A stretch of 64,000 nucleotides of DNA. Origin: Eukaryota sp. GEM-RC1. Taxonomy: Eukaryota. Of this stretch, positions 62,752 through 64,000 are shown in pieces. A program made the translations under genes and the position numbers. The notes beneath the pieces were generated by a model, which was not told the origin of the DNA, did not search any database, and was given only the letters and a program-made list of their open reading frames with translations. Position 1 is the first letter of the stretch, and every line of letters begins with the position of its first letter. The stretch spans positions 2,976,001 to 3,040,000 of the forward strand of contig JAUFOQ010000001.1 in NCBI GenBank assembly GCA_040285855.1, written 5' to 3'.

Positions 62752-63164
62752 TAGGTGATGGTTCTATTTTTAATTTATTCTTTTTTTTTGAATATTTCTG
62801 TATCGTATTTTTATTGTTCGGTCGGTCAATGGAACAGTCAATTAGCACGTTTGTTGAGTGTAGTCCACCAATCAGATGATCTTTCACTGTCCTTTCTTAT
62901 ACACCAGCTGTATGGTTGGTCATATTTTTATCAGTGTTTATTATGTCGTTTCTGAGGAATCTTTTTCCTGTTTCAATTCAATCAAAAAAATCTCGAAATA
63001 AAATATGATTTTTGATATTATTTTTCTTCAACTACAATGTATTGACCAGTTTGCGTCTTTCGAAATCAAAAGTGATGCAATAAATTGAATACAATAGTGC
63101 TTGCACTATTCACATACCAAGTGTTAGGAATCAACTTATCTACACAATTCTTGTTTTTTCGTCA

Positions 63165-64000
63165 TTAACTTATCAGTAATTCCCCATCTTCTTCCATAGC
63201 TTCCACTCTTTCCTCAGACTCAATTCCCAACACTTGATACAGAGAGTTCCTCTCCAACGAGACATCCAGACCTTCCTTAATGTTCTCAATCACTCCGACT
63301 GCAATAGCTTCAAAGAAATCGTGATGAATCAATTTCATTAAGTAGTTGATTGTGTCTGTTGCACCCGAGTTCACAATGAGCTCTTGATCATTAATTAAAA
63401 TCTTCTTTTCAGCAATACTGTTTAGAATATACCAAATAACAGTGTTAACCAACTCTTGTTGATGTAAAGTCTTGTTTAATCCATAAGTCTTGAGAGAATT
63501 GTCAATAAACCTGACTGTACCCACATCTGAACTACTTTTAACATAGGAAACAAGTTCAAAAATAACACATTCAACTTCTAGTCCAAAACAATCTTCCAAA
63601 AGTAAACGTGACACCGTAATAGCACATATACTCGACACCTTCTTACATGGATAATTAATCAAAGGCATTAAGTAGTTCATAACGGGACTCGACAGTTTGT
63701 GATAAGTACAAATATCAGCCAGGCAGCTAGCTACTATTATTCTATTTGATGGAGCTTCGTAGAATAAACCAGTTGTTAGAATATCCAACATTCTAGTAGC
63801 AACAGTAGGCGAACCTATTGATAGTGATGTAGTGAGATGAAACGCCATTGACCGCACGTCATCATCATTTGATTGGAGACACTTTGCAATGATCATTGGA
63901 ACTGAACCCACAGTAGCACCATTAAACACTTGATCAATGGAGAGAGTTAAGTTCCAATCGACGTTTTGGGCGTCACCGAAGTCTGTTGATAGCAGGAGAA
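63165..64000 (-). CDS. condensin subunit CAP-G/Cnd3/Ycg1-like HEAT protein, 3' part
   Basis: LQSNDDDVRSMAF...IIVASCLADI...VSRLLL...Y...HQ pattern of the Cnd3 domain; the frame is open to the window edge. Confidence 0.6.
   Translation of the reverse strand, partial: LLLSTDFGDAQNVDWNLTLSIDQVFNGATVGSVPMIIAKCLQSNDDDVRSMAFHLTTSLSIGSPTVATRMLDILTTGLFYEAPSNRIIVASCLADICTYHKLSSPVMNYLMPLINYPCKKVSSICAITVSRLLLEDCFGLEVECVIFELVSYVKSSSDVGTVRFIDNSLKTYGLNKTLHQQELVNTVIWYILNSIAEKKILINDQELIVNSGATDTINYLMKLIHHDFFEAIAVGVIENIKEGLDVSLERNSLYQVLGIESEERVEAMEEDGELLIS

Noticed and set aside
1..64000. tRNA, rRNA or snRNA genes
   Set aside because: None recognised by eye; a tRNAscan-SE/Infernal run is needed to exclude them.

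Overview
AT-rich eukaryotic (protist-like) genomic DNA with no introns that I can see and the standard genetic code. It is reminiscent of metamonad-type assemblies, but that is recall-based inference. Host genes: PHO80-like cyclin, three BTB-coiled-coil-SPRY-like proteins, two or three decayed LRR genes, a divergent Tim17-family candidate, WD40, RAB5IF/OPTI, SBP2, Rrp46, a USP37-like deubiquitinase, condensin CAP-G, and an inverted pair of receptor-like kinases. The window is dense in DNA transposons: three hAT transposase-coding elements, seven deleted hATs or MITEs with 8-bp TSDs, two TA-flanked Tc1/pogo derivatives and three decayed IS630/Tc1-like transposases. Best leads: (1) a duplicated MLKL/HeLo-like 4-helix bundle + kinase + TM + repeat ectodomain receptor, with a near-identical kinase and a diverged distal ectodomain; (2) IS630/Tc1-like elements that appear to carry a conserved convergent second gene; (3) a BTB protein that starts with a histone H3-tail-like sequence; (4) single frameshifts in many otherwise intact genes, three at CAAAGG. 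The frameshifts are most likely assembly errors, but this is testable. All family calls come from motif recognition by eye; no searches were run.
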